Positions 1 through 10,601 of a stretch of 64,000 nt of DNA are shown one piece after another. The stretch is from the NCBI GenBank assembly GCA_016789445.1, contig JAEUQT010000001.1, positions 131,603 through 195,602 on the forward strand, in the 5' to 3' direction. How positions within the stretch are numbered: position 1 is the stretch's first letter; each line of letters opens with the position of its first letter. Below the pieces are notes generated by a model, which was given only the letters and a program-made list of their open reading frames with translations, was not told where the DNA came from and did no database searches. A program made the translations under genes and the position numbers. Source of the stretch: a bacterium (GTDB lineage: Bacteria > Patescibacteriota > Minisyncoccia > Phycocordibacterales > UBA2100).

Positions 1-773
1 CACCGCACCGGCGGAAAGCGTGAAGAGATAGTCGGAATACGGGAGCCCTGCCAAGGCCATGAAATTCCAATCGTACTGGCGGAGGAAATTGAGACCGAAT
101 TCCGGATGCAGGATTTTTTCCGTAAAGCCCAGAATGAAAAGGGTCGCCCCCGTGCCGAGACGCAGGAGCGGCAATGCATACGAGCGATATGTATGCGCAA
201 GAGGCGCCACGGCGCGGAACGAGACGAGGCTGAAGTAGTCGTTCCCCATGATGAATACGAACGCGGCAGTCGAGAGTATCCAGACATCCTCGATCATCGG
301 GATGACGCCGATGACCGGAATGCCGATGAACCAAAGCGCCGCGAGCAGGATGGCGGCGAGACGCGCATAGATACCGAGGAGGAATGCGAGGCCGATGAGG
401 AATTGCAGATAGACGAAGAGCGGCGCGATCCCGAGATCTATCGCGAGATTCGGCGAGAACAGGAACCCATGGGTCCCGGCGATCATGAGGAACGCGCCCG
501 CCATCATCGTGAACGCCGATGCTGCACGATCAAACGAGTGCACTGCGCGTGGTTGCAGGAATCTCAGCGAGAGATACCCTCGCCGTTCAAGCCAGTACCC
601 GATGCCGACCGTTGCAGCTACGATGATCGTCCACGCACCGAGATAGAGGCCTGTCGGTTCTGATGCTTTGTACGGAAGCAGTTCTTCGTGTGCAAACCAG
701 CGTGTGTGCGCGGTCGTCACCGTCGGCACGATGAACATGAGAAGGCTGACGTAGAAGAACCGCTTGAGCATCA
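1..773 (-). CDS. Integral membrane protein, partial (continues beyond window start); start ATG at 771-773
   Basis: Uninterrupted minus-strand reading frame from 773 to position 1 encoding a hydrophobic multi-TM protein (MMLKRFFYVSLLMFIV...). It is not in the ORF track because no stop lies in the window. The overlapping plus-strand ORF 106..663 has a low-complexity Arg/Glu-rich translation and is judged spurious. Confidence 0.55.
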
Positions 774-820
774 TCGTATTGTCGCGTGATTCCTCGCTCA
801 CCGCACTCCCCGCATGTGCA

Positions 821-1345
821 TTACAGTTTGCGACTATCGTACGCCCAATGCAGAAGCGCCTGGCGCTGCACCGGTCGGCATGAGATGTCCCCTGGTTGGC
901 ATGCGCGCACGAGCTGGCCGATGTGACGGCGGATGTTGATCCATCGCTGTATCTGCCGTGCATCCTCTTTCGGCAATCGACGACCCAGGTAGTAGCGGCA
1001 GTACCATTGGAACCAGCCGCGCGGATCATCCGCATAGATCCAGCCTTTGCGCTGCCATTCTTTAAGCGACTGCGATGCTTTCACTTTGAAGAAGTTCTTG
1101 CTTCGGTCGTACCCTTCCGGCGAAAGCTTCGCCTTCGTAAACCAATCCTTCGGGAATTCCTTCGTGCAATCGGTCATGTATTTACCGCCGAAGATTCCCA
1201 GCGCGAGCATCTGTTTCGGCGTGAGATCGGGCTTGAAGCGCTTATCGAACTGCTTCCCCATCGGCGCCGTGAGGGTGTAGCGGTACTTTTTCTGCATCCG
1301 GTCGTTTACCGTGATCGTGCGCATATTAGCGGCGCATGATCGCAC
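821..1345 (-). CDS. Conserved hypothetical protein (Trp/Arg-rich, DUF-like)
   Basis: 174-aa ORF with no antisense alternative of comparable quality; family not recognised. Confidence 0.4.
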   Translation of the reverse strand: MRSCAANMRTITVNDRMQKKYRYTLTAPMGKQFDKRFKPDLTPKQMLALGIFGGKYMTDCTKEFPKDWFTKAKLSPEGYDRSKNFFKVKASQSLKEWQRKGWIYADDPRGWFQWYCRYYLGRRLPKEDARQIQRWINIRRHIGQLVRACQPGDISCRPVQRQALLHWAYDSRKL

Positions 1346-2021
1346 GTGCCGCGTACATGAACGGGATATCCACGATACCCACGAGCCACTTGGTCACCGT
1401 GAGCCCGATGACGAGCGGAAGAAGCGGCATCACACCCCAGAATGCGAAGGAAACGAAAACCACACTATCGATCGCCATCGCCGGGAGCGATGAGAACACA
1501 TTGCGCATCCAGAGATGTTTACCACCGGTGAGGGTGCGTAGCCATTGGTACAGATTCGCATCCAAGAGCTCGCTCACGAGGAATGCGAGAAGGCCTGCGA
1601 GCACGATACGAGGCACCATGCCGAAAACCGCCTCGAACGCGGCCTGATTCGTGAAGAACGGTGCGGCCGCTGCGTTGAGTACGAGATACGAAAAGACAAG
1701 GAATGCTACCTGTGCAAGAAGTCCCAGAAGGATCATGCGATATACCTCTTTTTTACCGAACTTCTCGTTGATGATGTCGGTAAGAAGAAACGTGACCGAG
1801 AATATAAGAACCGCACCCGGCGCGAAGAATTCCGCGAATCCGAAATCGAAAGAAATCGTCTTCGAAGCGAAGATGGAAGACGCGACCGCGAGCGTCACAT
1901 AGAATGCAAGGATCGCATCAGAGCGGTTGAAGGCGCGGACATACCACGCGCCGCCGAGCGCGAACAGCGCGATGACGGCTGACCAGATGACCGCGAGCGG
2001 AAGTGTCATACGCGGCAGCAT
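1326..2021 (-). CDS. yhhQ: Queuosine precursor transporter YhhQ/DUF165 family membrane protein
   Basis: 231-aa polytopic membrane protein with motifs resembling the YhhQ/VUT family (LTDIINEKFG, NVFSSLPAMAIDSVVF). Confidence 0.6.
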   Translation of the reverse strand: MLPRMTLPLAVIWSAVIALFALGGAWYVRAFNRSDAILAFYVTLAVASSIFASKTISFDFGFAEFFAPGAVLIFSVTFLLTDIINEKFGKKEVYRMILLGLLAQVAFLVFSYLVLNAAAAPFFTNQAAFEAVFGMVPRIVLAGLLAFLVSELLDANLYQWLRTLTGGKHLWMRNVFSSLPAMAIDSVVFVSFAFWGVMPLLPLVIGLTVTKWLVGIVDIPFMYAARAIMRR

Positions 2022-2050
2022 ACCGGAAGGTATGCTGCCGCGCTACAGAG

Positions 2051-2608
2051 CTAGATGGACAATCGGTAGACCCGGGCATCGAAGGCACCGAGATTGCGGA
2101 AGAGCGAGAGGACGTCGGTCTTTTCCGGTGCGATGACGGCCACTACGACGTTCTTCGGTTCTGCTTCCCCGCTGTAGAGGCGCATGCGTCGTCCCGCGAG
2201 TGCGAGTTCGGAAAGCGCGCCGACCAAGACGCCGAGCACCGTACCCATGATCGCGGTACCGATGATGATCGCGAGATTGCCGCTGATCCCGGCAAGCGCG
2301 AGGAAATCCGCCATGGGACCGATGGCGATAAGGCTGCTCAGGAATGGCGTAAGGCCCAAGACGGTCGTCACGCCGACGACGGAACCGAGGACGGCGCCGG
2401 TGAGCGCGCCGACGGAGACGTTGGCAGTGAGAGAACCTTGCTGTTTCTCGATGAGCGCATCCGTACGCACTTCACGCACCTCCCCTTCCGTACTGCGGTA
2501 GAGGAACGAGATGTCATCTGCAGGGATATTAAGTTGCTTGTAGACGGTGTCGATCGCCTTTTCAGCGTCGGCACGTTCTTCGAATACTCCGATGGTGGTC
2601 TGCTTCAT
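2051..2608 (-). CDS. Glycine-zipper membrane protein (general stress protein / DUF1269-like)
   Basis: Soluble N-terminal domain followed by a Gly/Ala-rich TM region (GxxxG repeats). Start trimmed to MKQTTIG. Confidence 0.45.
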   Translation of the reverse strand: MKQTTIGVFEERADAEKAIDTVYKQLNIPADDISFLYRSTEGEVREVRTDALIEKQQGSLTANVSVGALTGAVLGSVVGVTTVLGLTPFLSSLIAIGPMADFLALAGISGNLAIIIGTAIMGTVLGVLVGALSELALAGRRMRLYSGEAEPKNVVVAVIAPEKTDVLSLFRNLGAFDARVYRLSI

Positions 2609-2696
2609 AAGGCAAGTTTTAACGACTAACGTTCTCAATACAACCAAAGTCGGATGAAAGAATCGTTAAGCGAAAACGCCCCTTGCGGGGCGTTTT

Positions 2697-4487
2697 CTAG
2701 TTTCCTTCGCGCTTTGCCTTTGCTGCTGCGCTTTCGGTGAGATAGATCTTTCGCAGACGTACGCTCTCAGGAGTGACTTCGAGGTATTCATCCTTCTGCA
2801 TGAGCTCCAATCCGCGCTCGATGGAGAGCTCGTATGCCGGGACGAGATTGATGGCATCGTCGGTACCGGACGAACGCACGTTCGTGAGGTTCTTCCCCTT
2901 CGTCGGATTCACGTACATTTCGTCGCCCTTGGAGGTATCGCCGATGACCTGGCCTTCGTACACTTCGGTTCCCGGCGTGATGAAAAGACGGCCGCGATCC
3001 TGGAGATTCCAGAGCGAGAAGCCCAAGGCTTTTCCGGTCGCCATGGAAACCATCGAGCCCTGTGCACGGCGACGGATCTCTCCCGCGAACGGACGGAAGC
3101 CGATGACGCGTGCCGCGATGATACCCTCACCCTTCGTATCGATGATGAACTGGTTGCGGTAACCGAGAAGACCACGGGTCGGACCTTCGAAGATGAGACG
3201 CACCGTCGCTTCGTGGACGAGCATGTTGGTCATCTGGAAACCACGAGTACCGAGCTTTTCGATGACGGCGCCTTGGTATTCAGACGGGATATCGACGACG
3301 ACTTCTTCGAACGGCTCTTTCTTGACGCCCTCCTCTTCCTTCACGATGACCTGCGGCTGTGAGACCTGCATCTCGAAACCTTCACGGCGCATGTTCTCAA
3401 GGAGGATCGCGATATGGAGTTCGCCGCGACCAGAGACCTGGAAATTATCCGGCGACTGGAAGTCGACTTTGAGACCGACGTTGATCTCGAGCTCCTTCTC
3501 AAGGCGATCACGAAGCTGGCGCGAAGTGACGTACTTACCTTCGCGTCCGCCGAACGGAGAATTGTTGACGAGGAAGCTGAGTGTAATCGTCGGCTGATCG
3601 ACGGCGATTGCCGGAAGCGTCTCGACGTTGGCATCAGTCGTGACGGTCTCGCCGATTTCGATATCAGGCACGCCCGCGATGATGCAGATGTCTCCCGGTC
3701 CGACTTCCGTCGCTTCGACACGCTTGAGGCCCGTGAACGTGAACATCTTAGTGATCTTGCCGCTGCGGGTCTCTCCTGTAGGCTTCTTTACGAAGATGCT
3801 GCCGCCGGTCTTCAAAGTACCTTCGTACACGCGGCAGACCGCGAGGCGGCCGAGGAAGTTGTCGTACGCGAGGTTGAACGGCTGTGCGCGAAGTGCGGAA
3901 TCAGCAGACGCATTGGAGGCTACCGGAACCTTCTCAAGGATCATGTCGAGGAGCGGCGTGAGATCCTTGCGTTCATCATCGAGTTTGCGCATCGCGACAC
4001 CTTCGCGGCCGATGGCATACATGACCGGAAACTCTGCCTGCTCATCGGATGCGCCGAGCTCCAAGAAGAGTTCCAAGACCTGATCTTCTGCGCGAGCCGG
4101 ATCTGCGGCCGGCTTGTCGATCTTATTGAGGACGACGATCGGCTTGAGGCCGAGCTCGAGCGACTTCTTCAAGACGAATCGCGTCTGCGGCATCGGGCCT
4201 TCCTGCGCATCGACGACGAGAAGGACGCTGTCGATGGAGCGGAGCACGCGTTCGACCTCGGAACCGAAGTCAGCGTGGCCCGGCGTGTCAACGATGTTGA
4301 TCTTGGTACCCTTGTATTCCACCGAGGCATTCTTGGCGTAGATGGTGATGCCGCGCTCCTGTTCGAGCTTATTGGAGTCCATGGAAACCCCCTCCTCCGC
4401 TGCCCCGGTCTGCTTCAGGATGGCATCGGTAAGGGTCGTCTTCCCGTGGTCGACGTGGGCGATGATGGCGATGTTGCGGATTTCCAT
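2697..4487 (-). CDS. typA: Translational GTPase TypA/BipA
   Basis: G-domain motifs [17 protein letters not shown] and NKIDK with EF-G-like domains. Start trimmed to [18 protein letters not shown] (ATG at 4485-4487). Confidence 0.9.
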   Translation of the reverse strand: MEIRNIAIIAHVDHGKTTLTDAILKQTGAAEEGVSMDSNKLEQERGITIYAKNASVEYKGTKINIVDTPGHADFGSEVERVLRSIDSVLLVVDAQEGPMPQTRFVLKKSLELGLKPIVVLNKIDKPAADPARAEDQVLELFLELGASDEQAEFPVMYAIGREGVAMRKLDDERKDLTPLLDMILEKVPVASNASADSALRAQPFNLAYDNFLGRLAVCRVYEGTLKTGGSIFVKKPTGETRSGKITKMFTFTGLKRVEATEVGPGDICIIAGVPDIEIGETVTTDANVETLPAIAVDQPTITLSFLVNNSPFGGREGKYVTSRQLRDRLEKELEINVGLKVDFQSPDNFQVSGRGELHIAILLENMRREGFEMQVSQPQVIVKEEEGVKKEPFEEVVVDIPSEYQGAVIEKLGTRGFQMTNMLVHEATVRLIFEGPTRGLLGYRNQFIIDTKGEGIIAARVIGFRPFAGEIRRRAQGSMVSMATGKALGFSLWNLQDRGRLFITPGTEVYEGQVIGDTSKGDEMYVNPTKGKNLTNVRSSGTDDAINLVPAYELSIERGLELMQKDEYLEVTPESVRLRKIYLTESAAAKAKREGN

Positions 4488-4601
4488 AAAAAAGAGGGCG
4501 AGAGGCCCTTGGTTCGACAATACTAACCTAAAACCGTCAAAAATCAAACTTTTCACTTTGGCTAATCGGGTCATTTGTATACAAATGACCCGATTAGGGG
4601 T

Positions 4602-5051
4602 TCAGGAATCCCAGAAATTCCTGCCGGTTTTCAACGCTTCGAAATAGGTCGGGAGCGCAGAGAAGTGCGGCGTCGGGATGTTTTCGATGTCACACCACTG
4701 CCATCCTTCCATCTTCTCTGGCTCCATCACCTTCGGGTCGCCATTCTTCCAGTCGGCAATGAGCCCGATGTCGACGTAGTGCTTTGGCGCATAATCTTTC
4801 AGATTGAGGAGACGGAGGAAGCGGACGTTCTCGATCTCGATCCCGGCTTCTTCCCTGACTTCGCGTTTCGCGCATTCTTCGAACGATTCCATATACTCCA
4901 TGTGTCCGCCGGGCCAGCTCCATTCGCCCGCGCCGTGCGAACTCACGCGCTTCCCCATGAGAACCTTCCCCTCCTTGAATACCATCACACCGACGCCGAC
5001 TTTCGGTCGTGGATTTTCTTCCATAGGGGAAGCATACGGGAAACGGGACAA
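4602..5051 (-). CDS. NUDIX hydrolase
   Basis: Nudix box GGHMEYMESFEECAKREVREEAGI. Confidence 0.8.
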   Translation of the reverse strand: MSRFPYASPMEENPRPKVGVGVMVFKEGKVLMGKRVSSHGAGEWSWPGGHMEYMESFEECAKREVREEAGIEIENVRFLRLLNLKDYAPKHYVDIGLIADWKNGDPKVMEPEKMEGWQWCDIENIPTPHFSALPTYFEALKTGRNFWDS

Positions 5052-5090
5052 AAAGAAACGGCGGCCGCGAAGCGGCCGCCGTACATGTCA

Positions 5091-5273
5091 TCAGAACCAA
5101 CTGACGACGATCTGGTATGCAGCGCGATACATCGCAACCGCTTGATCCTCAAGCCATTGCAGGGCGTCGTGCAAGTAATACACGAAGAGCCCCAAGATGA
5201 TGAACCCGATGATCAGTGCCAGAAAGCTGAGATCGCTCGGGGTCTCCGGCTTACGCGAATCCTCGTGATACAT
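5091..5273 (-). CDS. Small membrane protein (60 aa)
   Basis: Single TM helix; SD-like AGGGAG 7 nt upstream of the start. Confidence 0.4.
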   Translation of the reverse strand: MYHEDSRKPETPSDLSFLALIIGFIILGLFVYYLHDALQWLEDQAVAMYRAAYQIVVSWF

Positions 5274-5283
5274 CGCGCACTCC

Positions 5284-5442
5284 CTAGAGCCACAGGAACG
5301 ACGTCGGGGCCATGAAGAACGGCGCGGCCGCGAGCATCATGATCCCGAACGAGACCATCATGCCGATCATGCCGTAGATGAAACCCTTCGTCATCCATTC
5401 GCTGTTGTCGCCTAGCGGCGACACCGGGGGTATCTTGAACAT
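5284..5442 (-). CDS. Small membrane protein (52 aa, not in ORF track)
   Basis: Translation MFKIPPVSPLGDNSEWMTKGFIYGMIGMMVSFGIMMLAAAPFFMAPTSFLWL. Strong SD GAAAGGAGG 9 nt upstream (plus-strand rc at 5451-5459). Confidence 0.45.
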   Translation of the reverse strand: MFKIPPVSPLGDNSEWMTKGFIYGMIGMMVSFGIMMLAAAPFFMAPTSFLWL

Positions 5443-5573
5443 GCCACATCCTCCTTTCAGATGTACTGCCCCTCATACCCTACTCCTCTCTCGAGAAGGG
5501 TCAACTAGTGCGCGTGACCGAACCACTCCTCGACCCATGCACGTATTCACGATTCATAGCTCGAGTATACGGC

Positions 5574-6167
5574 CTAGTTCCCGTACCAGCTTGTTCTCCA
5601 GATGCGCATCATTTCGATCTCACGGCTCTGGGAAGTGATGATGTTGTCAGCAAGCGTGCGCATCTCATCACGAGCTGTGCTCGATTCCAACATCGAAGCC
5701 ATCATGACAGCCATCTCGTGATGCGGAATCATTTGGTCTATGAACTCACGATCGAATTGGGCGTCGGAAACGCTTCTGAGCTCGTCGTTGTCCCCGGTCA
5801 TGCCATCCATGTGCATGCCGTGCTCCGTTCCCATCCCGCCTTGCGGTGGCGCCGAGCCGAACCAATCCTGATACCAAGATTTCATTTCAGCGATCTCGCG
5901 CTCCTGTGCTTCGATGATGCCATTCGCCAATGAGATTATCTCTGGACGCTTCGAGCGCTCAAGCGCGATTTCTGCCATGGCGATCGCACCCTCGTGGTGC
6001 GGGATCATCTGTACGATGAAGTGCTGGTCGATATTCTGCCGCATCTCTGAGCCACCAGACATCATATGCATGCCTCCACGGCCTACGCTGGATTGTGTGA
6101 GGGTATATCCGATGCCGGTACCGAGAACAAGCATGGCTACACCGACAATAAGTGCGTTCTTTTCCAT
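5574..6167 (-). CDS. DUF305 family protein (two MIPHHExA repeats; putative metal homeostasis), signal-anchored
   Basis: Duplicated motifs MIPHHEGAIAMAE and MIPHHEMAVMMAS. Start trimmed to MEKNALIVGVAMLVL; the upstream 99 codons are Arg/Cys-rich junk. Confidence 0.7.
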   Translation of the reverse strand: MEKNALIVGVAMLVLGTGIGYTLTQSSVGRGGMHMMSGGSEMRQNIDQHFIVQMIPHHEGAIAMAEIALERSKRPEIISLANGIIEAQEREIAEMKSWYQDWFGSAPPQGGMGTEHGMHMDGMTGDNDELRSVSDAQFDREFIDQMIPHHEMAVMMASMLESSTARDEMRTLADNIITSQSREIEMMRIWRTSWYGN

Positions 6168-6210
6168 AGTGAAGTTGATTAGTTTCCGGATTAAGTGAAA
6201 CGTTACCGAG

Positions 6211-6558
6211 CTACGGTTCTTTGCGGTTATGGATACCGCGCGAGACAAGCTCTTGGTAGAGCGTCGGTCGTGGGTTCCATTGATATGAACGAAGCCGGAC
6301 AGTCTCAGATACGCACATCGGCGTTCCGACTCGAAACACAGCAAGGCCGATGAACAGGACGAAAACCGACAAGATGGAAGAGAACATACTCTGCCACAGC
6401 GAGAGATGTTCGAGAGCCGCTTCAGAGCAGAGCGCCGCCTGCGCGGTCTGCAGCGGACAACCAAAGTGATGATCGGTGTGCGAAAGCAGGACCGGTAGTC
6501 CGAAAGCAGCGACGAAAAGCAGGATCACGATAAGCACTGAGGCAAGCTGTGCTTTCAT
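6211..6558 (-). CDS. Hypothetical membrane protein (His/Cys-containing, possibly metal-related)
   Basis: Two TM helices and a HTDHHFGCP motif, adjacent to the DUF305 gene. Confidence 0.35.
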   Translation of the reverse strand: MKAQLASVLIVILLFVAAFGLPVLLSHTDHHFGCPLQTAQAALCSEAALEHLSLWQSMFSSILSVFVLFIGLAVFRVGTPMCVSETVRLRSYQWNPRPTLYQELVSRGIHNRKEP

Positions 6559-6593
6559 ACCTTCACGATACTCCTCCCTCAGGAAAACGCCAG

Positions 6594-7139
6594 CTAGAAC
6601 CAGCGACGTACTTTCTTCTTATATTCAAGATAGGTCTTCCCGAATTTCTTCTCGAGATACGCCTCCTCGCGCGCAACGACACCGTAGTGGAGGACGAAAT
6701 GCACGAAGACGATCATGCTCAGTATCCAGAGCGAATTGAGCCAGATCGCGAACCCAATGAGGATGAGCGTCATACCGAGATACATCGGATTGCGGCTCAG
6801 TGAATACGGAAGCGCCGTGACGATCGCAGTCGGAATCTTCCGCACATCGATCTCGGTTTTCGCATCAGCAAAGCGCTGCGCCGCCCACGCGATGAGGAAG
6901 ATGCCGAGCGCGATCACCGTGAGCCCGAGCGGCAGATCGTACGACTCAGGGATGAACGGCTTCGGTAAGAACCAATCGAGCACAAACCCGACGACAAGGC
7001 CGAAAAGGAAAATAAAAGGTGGTAATGCGATCACGTTCGGCGAATCAGTAGTGCTTTGCATGATCGTAGGATACGCGTTTGCGCCGCGGCTTTCAAGAAA
7101 GCGAAACGGCGGCTCTGTTGCCGCCGTTTCCATCATCAC
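6594..7139 (-). CDS. Isoprenylcysteine carboxyl methyltransferase (ICMT)/phospholipid methyltransferase family membrane protein
   Basis: C-terminal signature NPMYLG ... EE.YL...FG..Y..Y...V.RW. The true start is probably internal (MQSTTD...). Confidence 0.6.
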   Translation of the reverse strand: MMMETAATEPPFRFLESRGANAYPTIMQSTTDSPNVIALPPFIFLFGLVVGFVLDWFLPKPFIPESYDLPLGLTVIALGIFLIAWAAQRFADAKTEIDVRKIPTAIVTALPYSLSRNPMYLGMTLILIGFAIWLNSLWILSMIVFVHFVLHYGVVAREEAYLEKKFGKTYLEYKKKVRRWF

Positions 7140-7420
7140 CGCTTCCGGAAGAGCTTCGCTTTGAGAAGCATCATCATGCCTCCCGCCACCATTCCGCCGA
7201 GGAATGCGGCAAACGTCTTCTTCTGCGGCACGAATCGCCGCGGGACCGTAACCGGTAGTTTCGCGAGCGAGTTCGGACGCTTGAAATTCGCGAAGTCGAT
7301 GACGTTTGAATCCGTAATCATGACGCCCTCCTTTCGAGCCGACGGATCTCTCTGAAGCATACCTCCATGGATACGATGCACAAACAAGAAGCGCCGGGAT
7401 AATTCCGGCGCTCCGTTTTA

Positions 7421-7753
7421 CTAGTGGACACTTACGATCTCCAGCGCGCCTTCCATGGCATGACTGAGTGCAGCCTGTCGCGTATCAGTGAGTGCGATGG
7501 GCGTGCCGTCCGCCGCATGGAGTGCGAAGAGATTGATACCCAATGGGACTTCTTCAAGCGCTGGAAATCTCTTAAGCGCCTCCTCGGAAGATATCGTGGT
7601 AAGGTACGCGACCTGTCCACCACCGAGCCGAGCAAGCTCGATCTCAGTCATAACAGGCGCGTGGTGAGGTTCCTTGTGCCGTTTCCTCAGGCTTTTCTTC
7701 TTGGCCGAATCAGTTTTCCGAGCACGCATGGCAACCTCCTTTCCGTACGGCAA
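7421..7753 (-). CDS. Hypothetical protein
   Basis: 110-aa ORF with a basic N-terminus; family not recognised. Confidence 0.3.
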   Translation of the reverse strand: MPYGKEVAMRARKTDSAKKKSLRKRHKEPHHAPVMTEIELARLGGGQVAYLTTISSEEALKRFPALEEVPLGINLFALHAADGTPIALTDTRQAALSHAMEGALEIVSVH

Positions 7754-7858
7754 AGAACCGTATCAGCTGCATTCACACTAGCAACAGGCCAAAAAGGCGC
7801 AAGTGCACAACACAACGGCGGCCCAAGGGCCGCTGTTGTGTCTTTTAAGTGGAGGATT

Positions 7859-9217
7859 TTATTCGATGAACGTGAGCGCCTTGCCGGTCTGCCCTGCGCG
7901 GCCCGTACGACCGATGCGGTGCACGTAATCCTCGTAGGAATTCGGCTGGTCGAAGTTGATGACGTGGGTCACCTTCGGGATGTCGAGGCCACGTGCGGCG
8001 ACGTCCGTCGCGACAAGCACCTGCACATGCTCTTTCTTGAAGAGATCGAGTGCGCGCAAACGCTGACCGTGGGTCTTGTTGCCGTGGATGGATTCCGCAC
8101 TGAAACCTGAATCCTTGAGGATCTTCGAGAGCTTCTCGACGCCGTGTTTGGTGCGGCCGAAGACCAGCACCTTCGTAAACTCCGGATCACGGAGAAGATC
8201 TGCAAGATGATCGAACTTGGACTTGCCCGGTTCGACGCGGACGATGTCCTGATCGACATTCTTGGAAGTCTCATGCTTTTTCACCGAGACACGAAGCGGA
8301 TCGGTGAGGAATTCACCGATGAGCTTCTCGATCTCCGGCGAGAGTGTCGCCGAGAAGAAGAGCGTCTGGCGTTCAGGCGCCATGCTGCCGAGGATGCGGC
8401 GCATGCTGTCGATGAATCCCATGTCGAGCATGCGGTCGGCTTCGTCGAGGACGACGTTCGCGCACTTCGTGAGATTGAGCTCACGGCGCTCCATGAGGTC
8501 CATGAGACGGCCCGGAGTTCCTATAAGGAATTGGCCTCCACGGCGAAGATCACGGATCTGCGAATTGATGTTCGCGCCGCCGACCGCGACGATCGAGTGA
8601 AGGCCGAGGCCCGTGACGAAGCCCTTGAATTCATCGGCGATCTGGACGGCAAGTTCACGCGTCGGCGCCATGATGAGCACCTTCTCGTCCGGATTCTTCA
8701 GGACCTTGTCGATGAGCGGGATGAGGAATGCGCCGGTCTTGCCGGTACCGGTCTCCGCGAGCCCGACCATGTCGCGACCCGTAAGAGTAAGCGGCACCGA
8801 TTGGTCTTGGATCGGAGTCGGGGTCACGTAACCCTTCTTCGCGATGTTCGCCTTGAGGCGTGCATCGATGTCGAAATCATTGAAGGTGTGCTTCGGCTCA
8901 TACGGAGCCTCCGGCGCTACTGCTTCTGCCTTACGAATGAACTTCGAGTAGTGGATATCCTGTCCGCGATGCGCGTTGCGCTGCGGACGACCCCCGCGGA
9001 ATCCTCCGCCGCGTGAACCGCCACGGAAACCGCCCTGAGGACGCGAGCCGCCATACGAACTCCCGCTACGACCGCCTTGCGGACGAGAGTATGAACCACC
9101 ACGCTGACCGCCTCCCCCGGAGGAGCGGCGCTTGTGACGAGGCGTACTGTTAAATCGGAGGCGGAAACCGCCTACCATGTCGTCGCTATTCTGCGAACGA
9201 CTATCGTTCTGATGCAT
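7859..9217 (-). CDS. DEAD-box ATP-dependent RNA helicase with N-terminal RGG/Gly-Arg-rich tail
   Basis: Q-motif region TPIQ, Walker A GTGKT, DEAD (VLDEADRMLDMGF), SAT and HRIGRTGR motifs. Confidence 0.9.
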   Translation of the reverse strand: MHQNDSRSQNSDDMVGGFRLRFNSTPRHKRRSSGGGGQRGGSYSRPQGGRSGSSYGGSRPQGGFRGGSRGGGFRGGRPQRNAHRGQDIHYSKFIRKAEAVAPEAPYEPKHTFNDFDIDARLKANIAKKGYVTPTPIQDQSVPLTLTGRDMVGLAETGTGKTGAFLIPLIDKVLKNPDEKVLIMAPTRELAVQIADEFKGFVTGLGLHSIVAVGGANINSQIRDLRRGGQFLIGTPGRLMDLMERRELNLTKCANVVLDEADRMLDMGFIDSMRRILGSMAPERQTLFFSATLSPEIEKLIGEFLTDPLRVSVKKHETSKNVDQDIVRVEPGKSKFDHLADLLRDPEFTKVLVFGRTKHGVEKLSKILKDSGFSAESIHGNKTHGQRLRALDLFKKEHVQVLVATDVAARGLDIPKVTHVINFDQPNSYEDYVHRIGRTGRAGQTGKALTFIE

Positions 9218-9375
9218 ATTCTATGATGCGTTGCGGGCGCGAGCGGCCCTGGCTAATTCAACGCGTCTCGAGAGATTTCGGCCCCTGCTTGAACACCGGG
9301 ACGGCCTTGAGTTCTCTCAAGACAAAAACCACAGAGAAGGTTGATATCAGTAGTGTAGCAGAAATAAGGATTTTG

Positions 9376-9927
9376 TCAATCCGTTTTCCAACTCAGGTCG
9401 TAGGCGTACCGTTTGCCGCCGAGATCTTCGGCATGCACCTCACCGTCCAAACGCCCGTAGTCCATTACGCCTTGGAAGAATCCGGCGAAATGATCCAAGG
9501 GATAGTCATTGTTCTCCATAATGATACGGATGTTTCCTTTCCCTCGCTCCTCAGAAATGAAGCGCACCCCATTGAATACATAGCCGGCGATGTGGTTGGC
9601 ATTCATAAAGAAAAGGCGGATGTTCGAACGGAAGAGCGGCAGGATGAGTCCGCCGAGTTCCGTCTTGGAAAAGTTCTCGAAATGCAGTTTTCCTGCACTG
9701 AACGCACGTCGCTCCGGCGGCACGCTCGGATCGAGGATGTCGAGCACATGCTCGATGATAGCGACTTCTTCCCGCACCGGAACATTCTCGAACATACCGA
9801 AGCGGGTCGGCTTCCCGTAGCGCGTCATCAGCTCGACAACACCGTCGCGACCCCGCTCTGCTTCAAGCGCATTGATGTGACTCATGACGAACAGGCCTCG
9901 TATTGTAGGCGTAGGCTCTGGTTCCAT
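9376..9927 (-). CDS. Hypothetical protein (possibly DUF2378/TIGR02265-like)
   Basis: 183-aa ORF, better than the antisense alternative 9223..10017; family assignment is from weak recollection only. Confidence 0.35.
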   Translation of the reverse strand: MEPEPTPTIRGLFVMSHINALEAERGRDGVVELMTRYGKPTRFGMFENVPVREEVAIIEHVLDILDPSVPPERRAFSAGKLHFENFSKTELGGLILPLFRSNIRLFFMNANHIAGYVFNGVRFISEERGKGNIRIIMENNDYPLDHFAGFFQGVMDYGRLDGEVHAEDLGGKRYAYDLSWKTD

Positions 9928-10067
9928 ACTTATATGATACGAGACGTATCAGGAAGCGCCGCCTTTCACCCGTGCGCAAAGCACGGAGTACCCCTCACCC
10001 CCTTTTCATCCTCATGAAGGCACTATGGTATATTCACAAGGCTTATTAAGTTCACGAACCTATTGAT

Positions 10068-10556
10068 ATGAAAGGTTTCGCAGTACTTCTCGCAGCTCTC
10101 GTCGTCCTTGGTGGCGGCTATTACTGGTACATCTCGCAGCAGCCGGCCGCGACTGATCTCAATGTGACCGTCGACCAGATGGATGATATGGATCAGGATG
10201 ATATGGATCATTCGGCATCGACCAGCACCTCGACGTCGACCGCGACATCCTCTGCTCCTGCGACGGGCACACAGAACGGCAACGTGAAGGAATTCACCGT
10301 CACCGGCAAGAACTTCTCATTCGCACCTGCTGCGATGACGGTCAACAAGGGCGATCGCGTCCGCATCACCTTCGTCAACGACAGCGGTACGCACGATCTC
10401 GTCATCGATGAGTTCGATGTACGCACCAAGGTCATCCAAGGAGGCGCACGGGAGACGATCGAGTTCGTCGCCGACAAGACCGGCAGCTTCGAGTACTACT
10501 GCTCGGTCGGTCAGCATCGCCAGATGGGCATGAAGGGTACGCTTACGGTTAAGTAA
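10068..10556 (+). CDS. Cupredoxin (plastocyanin/azurin-like type 1 copper protein), secreted
   Basis: N-terminal TM/signal and acidic linker; type 1 Cu ligand set H (GTHDL) ... C (YYCSVGQH) ... H ... M (QMGM). Confidence 0.7.
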   Translation: MKGFAVLLAALVVLGGGYYWYISQQPAATDLNVTVDQMDDMDQDDMDHSASTSTSTSTATSSAPATGTQNGNVKEFTVTGKNFSFAPAAMTVNKGDRVRITFVNDSGTHDLVIDEFDVRTKVIQGGARETIEFVADKTGSFEYYCSVGQHRQMGMKGTLTVK

Positions 10557-10573
10557 GATCCCCTCTTCCGAAA

Positions 10574-10601
10574 GACGCCGGCGCGTGCCGGCGTTTTTTG
10601 G
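10574..10601 (+). terminator. Rho-independent terminator after cupredoxin gene
   Basis: GC hairpin GCCGGCGCGTGCCGGCG followed by TTTTTT. Confidence 0.6.

Noticed and set aside
106-663. 185-aa plus-strand ORF at window start
   Set aside because: Its translation is Arg/Glu/Asp-rich low complexity. The opposite strand encodes a continuous hydrophobic membrane protein running off the window edge (start codon at 771-773), which is the more plausible gene.
3414-4526. Long plus-strand ORFs (for example 3414..4526 at 370 aa, 8144..9016, 17857..18675, 23197..24022, 53776..54540, 54377..55249) antisense to typA, the DEAD-box helicase, pyrG, the histidine kinase and ftsH
   Set aside because: High-GC antisense frames lack stops by chance. 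Their translations are Arg/Asp/Glu/Ser-rich with no motifs, while the sense genes have unambiguous conserved motifs.
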